Positions 49,007 to 60,681 of a DNA stretch of 64,000 bases are shown here, piece after piece. The notes beneath the pieces were generated by a model. That model saw only the letters and a list, made by a program, of their open reading frames with translations. It searched no databases and was not told where the DNA came from. The position numbers and the translations under genes are program-made. Origin of the DNA: Octopus sinensis (Eukaryota); assembly GCF_006345805.1 (NCBI RefSeq), contig NC_043005.1:3286001-3350000 (forward strand). Reading direction: 5' to 3'. Position 1 is the first letter of the stretch; the number at the start of each line of letters is the position of its first letter.

Positions 49007-49169
49007 CTTTATTTTAAGCAGCAGAAAATTCAACAAAATCTGTTACTCTGAGTTTCTCGTTGCCGTTCATCAGACAGTTTTTGCCATTCTAGCAAAAACT
49101 GTCTGATGAACGGCAACGAGAAACTCAGAGTAACAGATTTTGTTGAATTTTCTGCTGCTTAAAATAAAG
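49007..49169. repeat. Perfect 163-bp palindrome (78-bp arms, 7-nt loop)
   Basis: 49007-49084 is the exact reverse complement of 49092-49169. Confidence 0.95.
49099..49136 (+). ncRNA. Minimal type I hammerhead ribozyme motif (mirror copy 49040-49077, minus)
   Basis: CTGT-CTGATGA-A-CG GCAA CG-A-GAAA-CTC A GAG-TA-ACAG: helix I CTGT/ACAG, full core, GNRA-capped helix II, 1-nt-loop helix III. The 10.1/11.1 pair is A-A rather than G-C. Confidence 0.6.
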
Positions 49170-49443
49170 TATATATATATATATACAGACACACATTGTG
49201 TGTGAGTGGACGTCAGGGATAGATTGCCCATATAAGTTGCAATTTCTTCGTTTTGACGGGGATTTTTCAAACTTTTTTTTCACGTTGCCCTTGGAAATGA
49301 TCTAGAGCATAGTTTTGACAAAAAATATTTCAGAATGGTTTTTTGTAAACCCATCACCACCTTTCCCTCTCCGGGCCGATTTTTTGGGCATTTAAAAACT
49401 ATAGAATCCTTTTCGGTGAAAAAAAAAAGGGACGAAAATGTGA

Positions 49444-49664
49444 GTGATTTAAGGGAGATTTGGTTGTTGTTTCTAGCATATCCCATGACCGGTGTTTTAA
49501 GGTTGATAAAAATCATAAATTTTCAAAAACATTTTCGAAAAGCATAAAACGAATTTTTGCAATTAATGGGAAGAAAAATATTGACAGGCATCAATGCTTG
49601 TCAATGTGAGAAAGATGGTCATAGGATATGCTAGAAACAACAGCCAAATCTCCCTTTAAATCAC
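49444..49664. repeat. Fold-back unit with ~48-bp inverted arms containing the GCTAGAAACAACAGCCAAAT motif
   Basis: 49444-49490 versus 49617-49664. Related units at 16774-16945, 36390-36540 and 62120-62670. Confidence 0.85.
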
Positions 49665-51495
49665 CTTTTCGTCTGAAAATAATTTTTACCGAAAACGTTC
49701 TTTTGACACATTCTACCAGTATACGAAGTTTCAAATTGTTTGGTCAAGTAGGAAAAATCTGAAAAAACAGGCCTTGGAAATGAAAAGATCCCTCCCGGTC
49801 ACCAAAAAGAAATTTTAAAAGTCTAATACGTGTTTAAAAAAATGTGTAGAAAACGAATATGAAAACCAAAATTTCGGAAAATTCACACGATCCAATTTTT
49901 CCCTCATAACTTTCAGGAAAATGGGCATCTTTTACATGAAAGTTTGTGCAAATACTTTTTCAACGGCATAGATTATGATTATAAAGAAATTTGTGGGAGA
50001 GAATTTTTTTCCAAGGCGGGGAGATTCGGATCAAGAAGACCACAGAAGTTAGAATTTCTCCGTTTTGACGCGGATTTTTCCAATTGTTTTTCACAACAGC
50101 CTTCGGAGTGATGGAGAGCATCGTTTTATGAAAAAAATACTTTGGAAAATGGACTTTTTTTTTACTCTCATCCCCCCTTAGTGATGACATCAATGAACCA
50201 CACGCGTGCTCCATTGGTGGGATAATTAACTTTTACCCCCACCCTCATTAACCGAAGCCGGGTGTAAGAACAGAAAAGTAGGCTATTTAAAATTATCTTA
50301 TACATACCTATTTTTAAAAAATCACTGGATAAATGCCAGAAATGACCCCCCGGGCTCTCCAATATTTTAAATTATGAACAGAAACAATCAGGGGCGGGGA
50401 GTGGGGTTGGAAAACAATTGAAAAACATTAATATATGCGAGAGCGAGAAAGAAACGACGATGGTTGTCTTGGGATGTGCTAGAAATGACAGCCAAATCTC
50501 CCTTAAATCACTTTTTCCTCTGAAAATATATACAATTTTTTACCGAAAAGGTTTCTCCCATAGTTTTTAAGTGCCAAAAATTGCCTAAAATTAGTCCGGA
50601 GTATTCCTGATCCGAAACTTTTCTCCCTATCCCTCGGAAAAAATTTTCCTTTCGTCTGCCTAAATTACAGCTGAAAGGCATCAATGCACGTGAGGGACAA
50701 AGAAACGAAGCATGGGCTTAGTAACAGCCTAACCCTAACCCTAACCCTAACTCACTAGAAATATTTACTTGAAAAGCCCTTTCCCACCGTACCAAAAGAA
50801 AAGGGGGCCTAAATCGGTAGTGAACAAAATATTGGTAAAATCCGTTGAGTGCAACTGATGTGGGCGCGAAAAGGGGACAAAGGCTTACCCCAGGAGGGGC
50901 TGCGCAATTTGGACAAGCTGGGAGGTACAACGTTGTCCATGTCACTGCAACGCTTGTCTCTCCATTGATGCCGTATCGGGTTACTGCAACGACCCCTGCC
51001 CCTGAAATTCTTAGCATCTAAGAAATAACTGTTGGAAAATAAAAATTGTAGTGGCCACGATAAGATCCCTTCAGTAATCTAGATTTAAAAAGGAGCAACG
51101 GACTGTTTCACTGTTTCCCAGTATGCTGTCGCAAATAAATCCGGCAAAAAGACTAGAAAATGAGGGGCCAAACGCCATCACCGAAAGCGGCTCTGACAGA
51201 CATGCATTTCAGTACCTGATCCCATAAACACACTTTACACAATTAAAAACTTGGCTGTTCCCTTATTACCTCTCAAAGCTGTCGACGAACTGTCATCCGT
51301 ATCTTTTCTTTATTTACATTTCTTTCTTACTTTTACTGTGAAAGAGGAGAAAGTTTAAGACACGAACGTGCATATGAAATGGATGCGGGGGAGAAAGAGA
51401 CAGAGTTCCACTCGTTACGCCAAGAACATACGTTCACTCTCACATTAAAGAATCGCAAACAAAGTCGACAAGAAGACTATTTGTAGAAAATAAGG

Positions 51496-51511
51496 GGCCC
51501 TGAAAAGGGCC
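51496..51511 (-). promoter_or_regulatory. Histone mRNA 3' stem-loop (H2A copy 3)
   Basis: GGCCCTTTTCAGGGCC on the minus strand. Confidence 0.95.
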
Positions 51512-51545
51512 GTTGGATTAAGCCAAGCACAATCACCGAAAGCGC

Positions 51546-51922
51546 TTACTTGGAAGCCTTCTGGGTCTTCTTGGGGAGAAGAACAGCCTGGATGTTGGGA
51601 AGAACACCACCCTGGGCGATGGTCACTCCAGACAAAAGCTTGTTCAATTCTTCGTCGTTGCGGATGGCCAACTGTAAATGACGGGGAATAATTCTGGATT
51701 TCTTGTTGTCTCTGGCAGCATTTCCTGCCAATTCCAACACTTCGGCAGCCAAATATTCCATCACAGCAGCCAGGTAGACTGGGGCTCCGGCACCAACACG
51801 TTGGGCATAGTTTCCCTTACGCAGAAGACGGTGGATACGTCCGACAGGAACTGAAGTCCAGCACGGGACGAACGGGTCTTGCTCTTTCCCTTCACTTTAC
51901 CTCCTTTACCACGACCAGACAT
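51546..51922 (-). pseudogene. H2A: Histone H2A with a 1-bp deletion (pseudogene or assembly indel)
   Basis: 377 nt. CCGACAGGAAC at 51841 versus CCGACAGGGAAC in copy 1. Confidence 0.9.
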
Positions 51923-52191
51923 TTTCAGAGTTTGATACTAATCTGAAACGAAACAGAGAGAACAATGAAATAAAAGGCGCCTTTCGCCTTTAAATACCGC
52001 CAAGGGGGCTCCAGCAGTCGGAGATTTGCACTAAGCAGGTGAAAAATGAGCGGGCTTTTGTCACGTGGCACACTTGTCAAATTCTAACCAATGAAAATGA
52101 AGGGCGCGGATTTAGAAAAAAATGTTCCTCTGCTGAGCCTAGTTGACAACTATAAATAGAGTGGAGGTTCGGATGGTCGTTATGAGACATC

Positions 52192-52568
52192 ATGCCACCA
52201 GCACCAGCTACCGCTTCGAAAGGAGCCAAGAAGGCTTCGAAGGCCAAAGCTTCACGTCCCCCCGGAGACAAGAAGCGCAAGAAGAAGAGGAAGGAAAGTT
52301 ATTCCATCTACATCTACAAAGTAATGAAACAAGTCCACCCCGACACTGGCATCTCCAGCAAAGCTATGTCCATCATGAACAGTTTTGTCAACGATTTGTT
52401 CGAAAGAATCGCTTCTGAAGCCAGCCGTTTGGCTCACTACAACAAACGTTCGACCATCAGTAGCCGTGAGGTGCAGACTGCTGTCCGTCTGCTTCTCCCT
52501 GGTGAGTTGGCCAAACACGCGTCTCTGAAGGTACCAAGGCTGTCACCAAATACACCAGCAGCAAGTAA
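52192..52568 (+). pseudogene. H2B: Histone H2B with a 1-bp deletion (pseudogene or assembly indel)
   Basis: 377 nt. AAACACGCGTCT at ~52513 versus AAACACGCCGTCT in copy 1. Gives the 165-aa read-through ORF. Confidence 0.9.
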
Positions 52569-52598
52569 ATCTATTCTAGTCTTCGTCTATTTGACAAC

Positions 52599-52614
52599 GG
52601 CCCTTTTCAGGGCC
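52599..52614 (+). promoter_or_regulatory. Histone mRNA 3' stem-loop (H2B copy 3)
   Basis: GGCCCTTTTCAGGGCC. Confidence 0.95.
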
Positions 52615-53271
52615 ATCCATATTCTCTTGATTGTAACTTCTGGTTTTCTATTGATCTGCGATGTTTTCTTACATAAGGGTCGTGCATAGCCACAGATAGC
52701 GAGGGGTTCACATAACGCAAACCAGACGAGTGTATAGTGGGTGTAGTCATAAAACTTGTCAAGCTTTTTTATTTTTGAATGGGGTTGGGTAGTGGAAGAC
52801 CTCGAATCAAGATGTTAATTGCCAATTAAGGGTACAGGCCGCTTTTTTCCATTCTCAAATGTATATAAATTGGGGGAAAATGAGTACTGATTGAGTTTCT
52901 CCCTTTTGGAGGCACTTTTTAAAAATCGATGGGAGAAGCCTTTTTGGAAGGGACCGAAATTAATTTTCACAGGAATATGGGTGCTTTAGCAGTTGTTTCT
53001 AGCAATTCCTACAACCACTCCTGTTACTATCACATTGTTTTTCAACATCTATATGCTATTAGAAATAAAAATTGAAATTTTGATTTTTATTTTTTCTCAC
53101 ACCCTTTTGTTTCTGTTTATAATTTTAAAATATTGGGAAAACCCGAGAAGATTAGTGATGGAATTTGCCGTGTGATTTAATTTCGATAACATGGGTTTTC
53201 AGTCGGTAAATGTGTTTTCTTTGACACAACGTTGCTTGGTTTAAAGTGTGTAGTACAAGTAAACTACTTTT

Positions 53272-53407
53272 GGTACTACTTGAGAACAGTGGTCCCGGTG
53301 CCCGCATCCGCGCTGGCTAGTCATGACTAGTCGATCCTTTGTTTTTGTTTTATTTACTTTGCTAGGTGTAGGATCGACTAGCGAGTGCGCGCTTCTCAAG
53401 TAGTACC
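53272..53407. mobile_element. MITE of the same family as 37073-37252
   Basis: 15-bp perfect TIR GGTACTACTTGAGAA. Flanks ACTACTTT(T) / ACTACTTT. Confidence 0.8.
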
Positions 53408-53699
53408 ACTACTTTAAAATATCCACCAATGTTTAAAACTTGGTCCCTGCTATTTTGGAAATGCTACGAGGGCTTTATGAAAGAATGTAGTGAGGAGACC
53501 AGGTGAAAAAGAATAAGAAGAAAAGTAGAAAAACTGCCTGGGGCAATCGAAGAAGATGTTTTGTGAAGAACAAATTATGTATATAGTCATCAATTATGTA
53601 TAGCTATCTCTAGAAATGAAATTTATATATTTGTCTTTATTTTCAGTTTGGTTAATTTCCAAAATAACAGTATATTATCCACCAAAACATTTTATTCTT

Positions 53700-53980
53700 T
53701 TATCCGTTTCAGTCATTTGACTGGCCATGTTGGAGCACCGCATTTAGTCTAGCAAATAGACCCAGGACTTATTCTATCGGCAACTTTTGCCGAACCACTA
53801 TGTTACGGAGACGTAAACACACCAGCATCGGTTGTCAAGCAATGTGGATGGGAGAAGACAGATATACGACGGTCTTGCAATTTCCGCCTACCAAATCCAC
53901 CCAAAGTCTTGGTCGGCCCGAAGCTATAGAAGACACTTACCCAAAGTGCCACGCAGCGGGACTGAACCTCACACAGCCAC
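53700..53980 (-). mobile_element. SINE family A
   Basis: TTTCAGTCATTTGACTGGCCATG…CCAAAGTGCCACGCAGCGGGACTGAACC. Confidence 0.8.
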
Positions 53981-54940
53981 CCCCGCCTACTGGAATTTCT
54001 CAATTTCTTTTTCTTCGTCTGTTTGACAGATACTGCTAGCATTTCAAAATTTGTTATCGCATTTTCGTGAGATTTGGTTGTTTTTTCTAACATGTTGATA
54101 GCCTGCTTGACGGTATGTATTTTTTTTTCCGTATTCTACGTATTTCGCTAAGACTAGAATTTCCGGGGAAAGTGAGGTGGGTAGGTGGGAGAAATTGAAA
54201 TTTTGAAAAAAAGTTTTCAGAATCAGATCCTCCATAACCAATATTGTGGGATTCTGTAAAAATGTATCCATTTTACCCGAAGTTATGACGGAAAATTCGG
54301 ATCTTGTGAATTTTACCAAAGTCCCCTCCCCACCCCTAGGGTCGTCAGCGCGCATTTTTTTTCCTATCTGTTTTCCATTTACTTGTTAACATCCCGGGTG
54401 AAGGTCTTTATATTAACCGGATTTTCTATTTTTGCGTGGGGTGCGTGACTTCATATTTATAGAATCCCCTTTATTAATCGGATCCCTGATCTTTCTGCTT
54501 CGGTCGCACAAAATCCGACAATTTATTCATTTGGCTTTCGGTCTGTATGTTTTTATTGATGAGAATCGGTATGTTACCCGCAAGAAGTTTTGCTGAACGC
54601 TATTATGTGGGACGGTGTCCTAAATATACGAGGAACTCGCGCACAATTGGTTTCATCGTTGACTGGAACCTTTCAACCTCAACTTAATGTAAACATTTGT
54701 AGTTATTTATTTACAAGGAAAAAGCAAATGAAGTCGCCATTTCGGATGAGGACGCCCACATAAGTTGTTTTTTACGGATTTTTCCTGTTCGGAATGATGG
54801 CATTTTTATGAACAAAATTTCCGGAAATTTCATTTTCACTCCATCCTTTCAATGGACTTTTTTTTTTTTGGTAAATCTCTACTTCACATGAACAGCCCCA
54901 AAACTGAACCTAAAGGAAAGCTATCTACCGTATAAATAGC

Positions 54941-55296
54941 GACTGAAGTGGCTGTGTGGTAAGTAGCTTGCTTACCAACCACATGGTTCTGGGTTCAGTC
55001 ACACTGCGTGGTACCTTGGGCAAGTGTCTTCTACTATAGCGTTGGGCTGACCAAAGCCTTGTGAGTGGATTTGGTAGACGGAAACTGAAAGAAGCCTGTC
55101 GTATATATGTATGTGTTTGTCCCCCCAACATCGCTTGACAACCGATGCTGGTGTGTTTACGTCCCCGTAACTTAGTGGTTGGGCAAAAGAGACCGATAGA
55201 ATAAGTCCTGGGGTCGATTTGCTCGACTAAAGGCGGTGCTCCAGCATGGCCGCAGTCAAATGACTGAAACAAATAGAAGAGTAAAAGAGAGAGAGT
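54941..55296 (+). mobile_element. SINE family A, near full length
   Basis: AGTGGCTGTGTGGTAAG (A-box-like), GGTTCAGTC (B-box-like), ACCTTGGGCAAGTGTCTT (CORE-like), tail CAGCATGGCCGCAGTCAAATGACTGAAAC + (GA)n. Confidence 0.92.
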
Positions 55297-56566
55297 AATC
55301 ATTAAAAACAGGTCATTAGTGTAGAAGAGGCAGGGCAAATGGGCAATATTACTGAGGGCAGAGTTGAACGAAGTTTATATACGAGAAAAGTTGACAGTTA
55401 AATGCTTTGCTGATATCAATGACAGCGCTTCAACGCAATAATGAAGATCTAATATTGAGGTAAACCCTAATCCATATTCGAACAGAAAAAAACCCCACTA
55501 GACTTGGAAAATTGCGCACAAAGATAAGGAAACCTGGGAACTCTTTCTGAATCTACATCATATTAGCGATAAACTCCAAGTTAAATATTACATTCAGAAG
55601 TGCGATGCGAAGAAATATTTTTAGTGTTGGCATAATCACGATTTTGTAAATGAGAGACGATTTTAGAAATAATGAGTAGTGTTTCTTCTGAATTAATCTC
55701 TTGGGAAGAAATGAAAATGGTAGAGCAACAGATTGCGAGACATCATCCGAAATGATTATAGTTGGTGATTGGAGGGATGATCTGTGTGTGGCCTCTCGGC
55801 CTGCTGAGAACAACCAAATCAACCACATTCTCCCGTCATGAAAAGGAAAGGATTAAATATAATAAAATATATCCTTAAATGGCCATGAAAAGACTGGGTG
55901 GACAAAACACTTGACCATGTGTCTGCTCGATCCGCTTTGACTAGGACTAGCGGAAGATTCACAACCAACTGGAAGAAAGACATCATTACTGCAGTTTTTG
56001 TAATGGTTACAATCTGCTATAAAGCTTTTGCTATCTATTCCTTGTTTAAATCCATCAATATTTTAGAACAGAACAAGGCCTCAAATTCATAAAATTATCA
56101 AAGCAGACGCAAATATTTTTGATATTCCAGAATGTCAGCCATTAAAACGTTGGGTTGTATACTCCTGAGTTATCTCCCCTCTACCGTTATTGAGACAACG
56201 ATTAAATCTAATTTCATGGAATGTTTGCTTTGCAATCACCAAGTCCCGGACTCACGCCAGCCTGTCCCGCATTTGAACCTGGAACCACAGTTGGGAAGTA
56301 AGCTTTTTACTACACAGCTGTGTAAACCCTCACACCTAGAAAATATATATTATGACTCTAAATCGTCTACTATACTCTCAGCTCATTAGTTTAATTAGCT
56401 TTCATTCTCAGTTTTCCATTTTATTTTAAACTTTGGATTTTTAATTTAATCCTTGGATGCTGAAAATATTTCCGAGTTTCTCCGTGGAATTAACTAAGAG
56501 CAGCAGACATACGCAGGTACTTTGTCATTGGAGTAAGTGGAGCAAGAGCACACACGAAAGCGAAAA

Positions 56567-56609
56567 GTCGCTGAAGAGGTCACAAATGTGTGACGAAAGA
56601 TTTCCGGAC
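56567..56609 (+). ncRNA. Hammerhead-like motif (duplicate at 42085-42127, minus)
   Basis: GTCG-CTGAAGA-G-GTCACA AATG TGTGAC-GAAA-GATT-TC-CGGAC. One extra G in helix II, weak helix III. Confidence 0.45.
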
Positions 56610-57243
56610 CATTGAGTTAAAATTAAAAAGAAGAAAAAAAAACATTGATAAACGAGTAAAGAACAAATATATAGTGCGTGTGTTTATTTGGCAAAATAAA
56701 TAAATAAAAATGACCATCTCGAAATACAATAGAGAAGTATAGATTGATTTGGTAAAATGTTTAATGCAACTGAGTGTAATGTTTCGAGGGTTGATATGGT
56801 AAATTGAAAGCAAATCTTCAAATATTCAAAATGAAATGATTTAATAGATTTTAACTTATTAACCATCGGGTAACCTGCGCAAATCATGCCAAGACACACT
56901 GAGTAAGGGATTAAAACAAACAGGTGTTCACAAATTAGATTACAAATACTCAGTTGAATTAACTCCAAGATGCATTTTTCATGAATAGATTACTTATGTT
57001 AGTGGAAAATATCACTTATATATATATATATATACACACACACATACATACAAGATATGGGGGTGGGGTTAGTTCACAGGTTGATCTAAACGATTAATTA
57101 CGCTAGGTAAGTGCTGTAACCGATCCCCATTCTCGGGGATATCACAAAAACAGCTGTAAGCCTTTGAATTTTTTCCCCAATAATAATAGTGTATTTCACT
57201 TGTTTGTTTTGCCTTAATGTTTGTTTCCCTCTTTAACAATTAT

Positions 57244-58017
57244 AGACTCAGGGCTTGGACAAAATAATGAAAACATCACAATTTTGAAATACCTACAAAA
57301 CCATCAAAAGCTTGTTTACTTTTAAGTTTTTTTTATTTATTATTAGTGTTGCTTAATATGTTTTGCTAAAATTGCAGTTTCTTTTCAGATATCATCAGAA
57401 AAAGGCAATTATAATTCATTAAAATGACAAGATCTATTGAACTTTCAAAGAGGTCAAATTGTTGGTGCTCGTATGGCAAGCGCTAGCGTAATGAAAACAA
57501 GTGAAATGTTGCATCAAGAAGTACTGTCTTGAAAGTAATGACAGCCTTTGAGAAAGAGGGAAAAACCTCCTCGTTGAAAGAAAACTCTGGAAGAGAGCCA
57601 AAACTTTCAGATATGGACTGTCGGGCTCTTATGCGAACTGTTAGAAAGGATCACAAAAGTACAGCTCCCAAAATTACTGCAAACTTAATGACCACCTCGA
57701 GAACCCAGTTTCCACAAAAACTGTTCGCCGGGAGCTGCACAAAGCCAGATTTTGTAGGAGGGCTGCAATCAGAAAACCACTACTTTCAAAAAGAAACGTT
57801 GCAAAGCATTTAAAGTGGAGTAAAAACCTACAGAATTGGTCCCTAGAGCAGTGGAAGAATGTGATTTTCTTGGACGAGTCATCCTTTACCTTATTTCCGA
57901 CCACCAGCCAAAAGAAGCATTTGACCCAGACTGCCTTCTTCCAAACTGTTAAACATGGAGGAGGATCTGTGATGATCTGGGGTGGGGGCTATATCTTGGA
58001 AATCCACCGGCCCAATG
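57244..58017 (+). mobile_element. Tc1-family DNA transposon, 5' fragment with decayed transposase (57424-58017)
   Basis: GQIVGARMA, SGREPKLSD, KTVRRELHK, RKPLLSKRN, WKNVIFLDESSF, VKHGGGSVMIWG across frames. Confidence 0.85.
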
Positions 58018-58450
58018 CTTTCCTCTCCCTTCTTCCTTAGCTAACACACCCTCTCTCTTCATTTCCTTTTTTCTTCTCTTTTTCCTCCCATTCTCTCTTC
58101 CTGGTTTTGATTTGACCCATCTCCTTTTTTCTAATCCTACACATCTCTCCTCCCTCTACCTATCCATTAACACTATCAACACATTTTAATTCACACAAAA
58201 AAACCCTCGATCGACCAACACTGTTTACAAGGCTCTATGCTTGGAATGACCAAATATAACCACCATTGGAACTCACACACCAGACACAAGAAAATTTCTT
58301 CACCAAAACAATTTTTCCACCACTCTACTTCAATAATGGAACTGCAAATACAATATCCTTTTGTATCTCACTTCTATTTTCATTCACTTATTTCCCTCTG
58401 CATTTCATATCTTCTCTACAATAATTAATACTCAAACATTTTCTAGCACC

Positions 58451-58498
58451 GTCTCCGATGAAGGGATATATAAAACATCCCGGAAACAGCTGTAAGAT
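58451..58498 (+). ncRNA. Degenerate Penelope-type hammerhead remnant
   Basis: GTCT-CCGATGA-A-GGGAT…ATCCC-G-GAAA-CAGCTG-TA-AGAT. Palindromic helix III, U4 changed to C. Confidence 0.4.
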
Positions 58499-59402
58499 AT
58501 TTTCTTGATAAACGTTATGAAATCAATTTACTGCCTTGGTTTTTTTTTTATCTCATTCTGTCAGTTAATACACGACTCACGTTGGACTCCTCATTCGTAT
58601 CATTATCGAGCGTGGAGCTTAACCATGGTGTCTATCCATAGCTCTTACTTAGCAACTACCCGATACATTTTGGGTCTTCCTGATACCAATACCTTTCATA
58701 CCCTAAGATATGTATATATAAATTAGAAAAAAAAAACCCACCTTTTATCAATTCAATGATGACAAATTAAATTATACCATTTAGAAAAATTACCTATTAT
58801 AGAAAGATTAAATATAAGATAAAACATATAACAATGATTAAGTAATGTGCAAAAAAATAAAATGTGTATATTTAATATATTAAATATACACATTTTATTT
58901 AAGTTTTTGCACATTACTTAATCATTGTTATTAAATATATACATTTTATTTATTATTTTGCACATTACTTATGGTAAGACCTCACCTGGAATTTGCATCA
59001 CCAGTCTGGAACCCCTATCTTGCCCAGGATATCAATCGTCTGGAAGCCGTTCAGCGACGTGCAACCAAAAGAATACCCTCCATCAGGCATTTGCCATATT
59101 CTGAATGCCTTATTTCCCTGGGCATGGACACATTGAAACTCCAATGTCTGGCAGCTGACTTGGCAGACACCCATAAAATTATTAACCATCTTACAAACAA
59201 TAACTCTGAGCACCTTTTCGAACACCACCCGTGGACATATTTACAAAGTAAGAAAACAGCACAGCTCCTTCCATGACTTTCGGAAACATTTTTTCACACT
59301 GAGAGTTGCTGAAGCATGGAACAAACTGCCGGCATCAGTTGTTAGTTGTCGGAGCACTGCATCCTTCAAAACTTCCATGCTTTCTAAGATTCGCCAACAC
59401 TA

Positions 59403-60681
59403 CGAGGGACGTTCAATAAGTAATGCCTCTGGCCCACTTGCAGTTGTTTGATCTAGCTGAAATTTTGCTTGTGCAATTATTTATGTCTCTATAGATTAAG
59501 TGGCAAATTACAGCTCTGAACTAATTGTGGTTTCTGATTTACAGGTGTTTGAACTGAGTCAAGTGTGAAATGGAGCCTGTTGAGTGTCGAGCAGTGATCC
59601 GGTTTTTGTATTTGAAAGGACGCACACCACGGGAGACTTTTGATGAAATGAAAGTAACTTATGGAGATGATGCCCCATCATATGACCTTCTAAAACGCTG
59701 GCATTGTGAATTCAAACATGGTCGGAACTCTGTGGAAACAGCTCCCAGATCTGGTCGCCTCCTTCTGCCATTGATGAGGCATCTGTCCGTCAAGTTGAGG
59801 CTGCCATTTTGGAAGATCGACGCATAACTATTCGCCAAATAGCCCATGAGGTCAAGATTAGTACTGGGTCTGTGGAAACTATCATTCATGACCATTTGCA
59901 TATGCAAAAGGTGTCTACAAGATGGATTCCCAGGCTGCTCACATCTTTCCAGAAGCAAGAACGCGTTGATTGCTCGAGGATGAATTTGGAGATGTGCCAA
60001 AATTTTTCAAAAGACTGATTACACAGGATGAAACTTGGGTCCATCACTATGATCCAGAGACCAAAGCCCAGTCAATGCAGTGGAAGCACCGTGACTCACC
60101 TCCTCCAAAGAAGGCAAGGGTGCAGCCCTCCGCTGGCAAGGTCATGCTCACAGTCTTCTGGGACCAGGACGGAGTAGTGATGACAGATTTCCTGGCAAAG
60201 GGTACCAGAATTACAGGAGCCTATTATGCTTCACTTTTGAGGAAATTAAGAGAAGCTATCAAAATCAAGAGGCGGGGCAAGATCAGAAAAGGCATCCTCC
60301 TTCTGCAGGACAACGCTCCGGTCCACAACTCACGTTTCGCCAGGTCAGAAGCACAGGCGTGCGGCTATGAACTCCTCCCCCATCCCCCCTACTCTCCTGA
60401 CCTTGCACCCTCTAATTTTCACCCCTTCCCAGCCATGAAGTTGTTTTCGAAAGGAAAGCGTTTCCCAGATGATGCAGCCTTGATTTCTGAAGTCACGTCG
60501 TGGTTGGAGGACGAAGCTGGGGTCTTCTACAAAAACGGTCTCCAGAACTGCATCAAACGATGGGGGAAATACATAAGTCTGGGTGGTTCCTATGTAGAAA
60601 AAGACTAATAATTGTGCCAAGTTTCGTTGCTCTACTGCTATGGGAAGTGAGTCAGGGGCATTACTTATTGAACGCCCCTCG
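59403..60681 (+). mobile_element. mariner transposon, 1279 bp, TA target duplication
   Basis: TIRs CGAGGGACGTTCAATAAGTAATGCC / GGCATTACTTATTGAACGCCCCTCG with TA on both sides. The CGAGGG start resembles irritans-subfamily TIRs. Confidence 0.95.
59570..60608 (+). pseudogene. mariner transposase, two frameshifts, D,D34N
   Basis: WIPRLL, TQDETW, QDNAPVH, HPPYSPDLAPSN. Shifts at ~59760 and ~60000. Confidence 0.93.

Noticed and set aside
52192-52689. Novel 165-aa H2B variant with a C-terminal extension
   Set aside because: Produced by a 1-bp deletion. It reads through the normal stem-loop, which would end the mRNA first.
54941-55030. tRNA genes at SINE heads (all family A and B copies)
   Set aside because: A/B-box-like motifs are present but there is no complete cloverleaf, and each continues into SINE core and tail.
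59570-60608. Domesticated SETMAR-like transposase
   Set aside because: Two frameshifts, intact TIRs and TA duplication, no SET domain.
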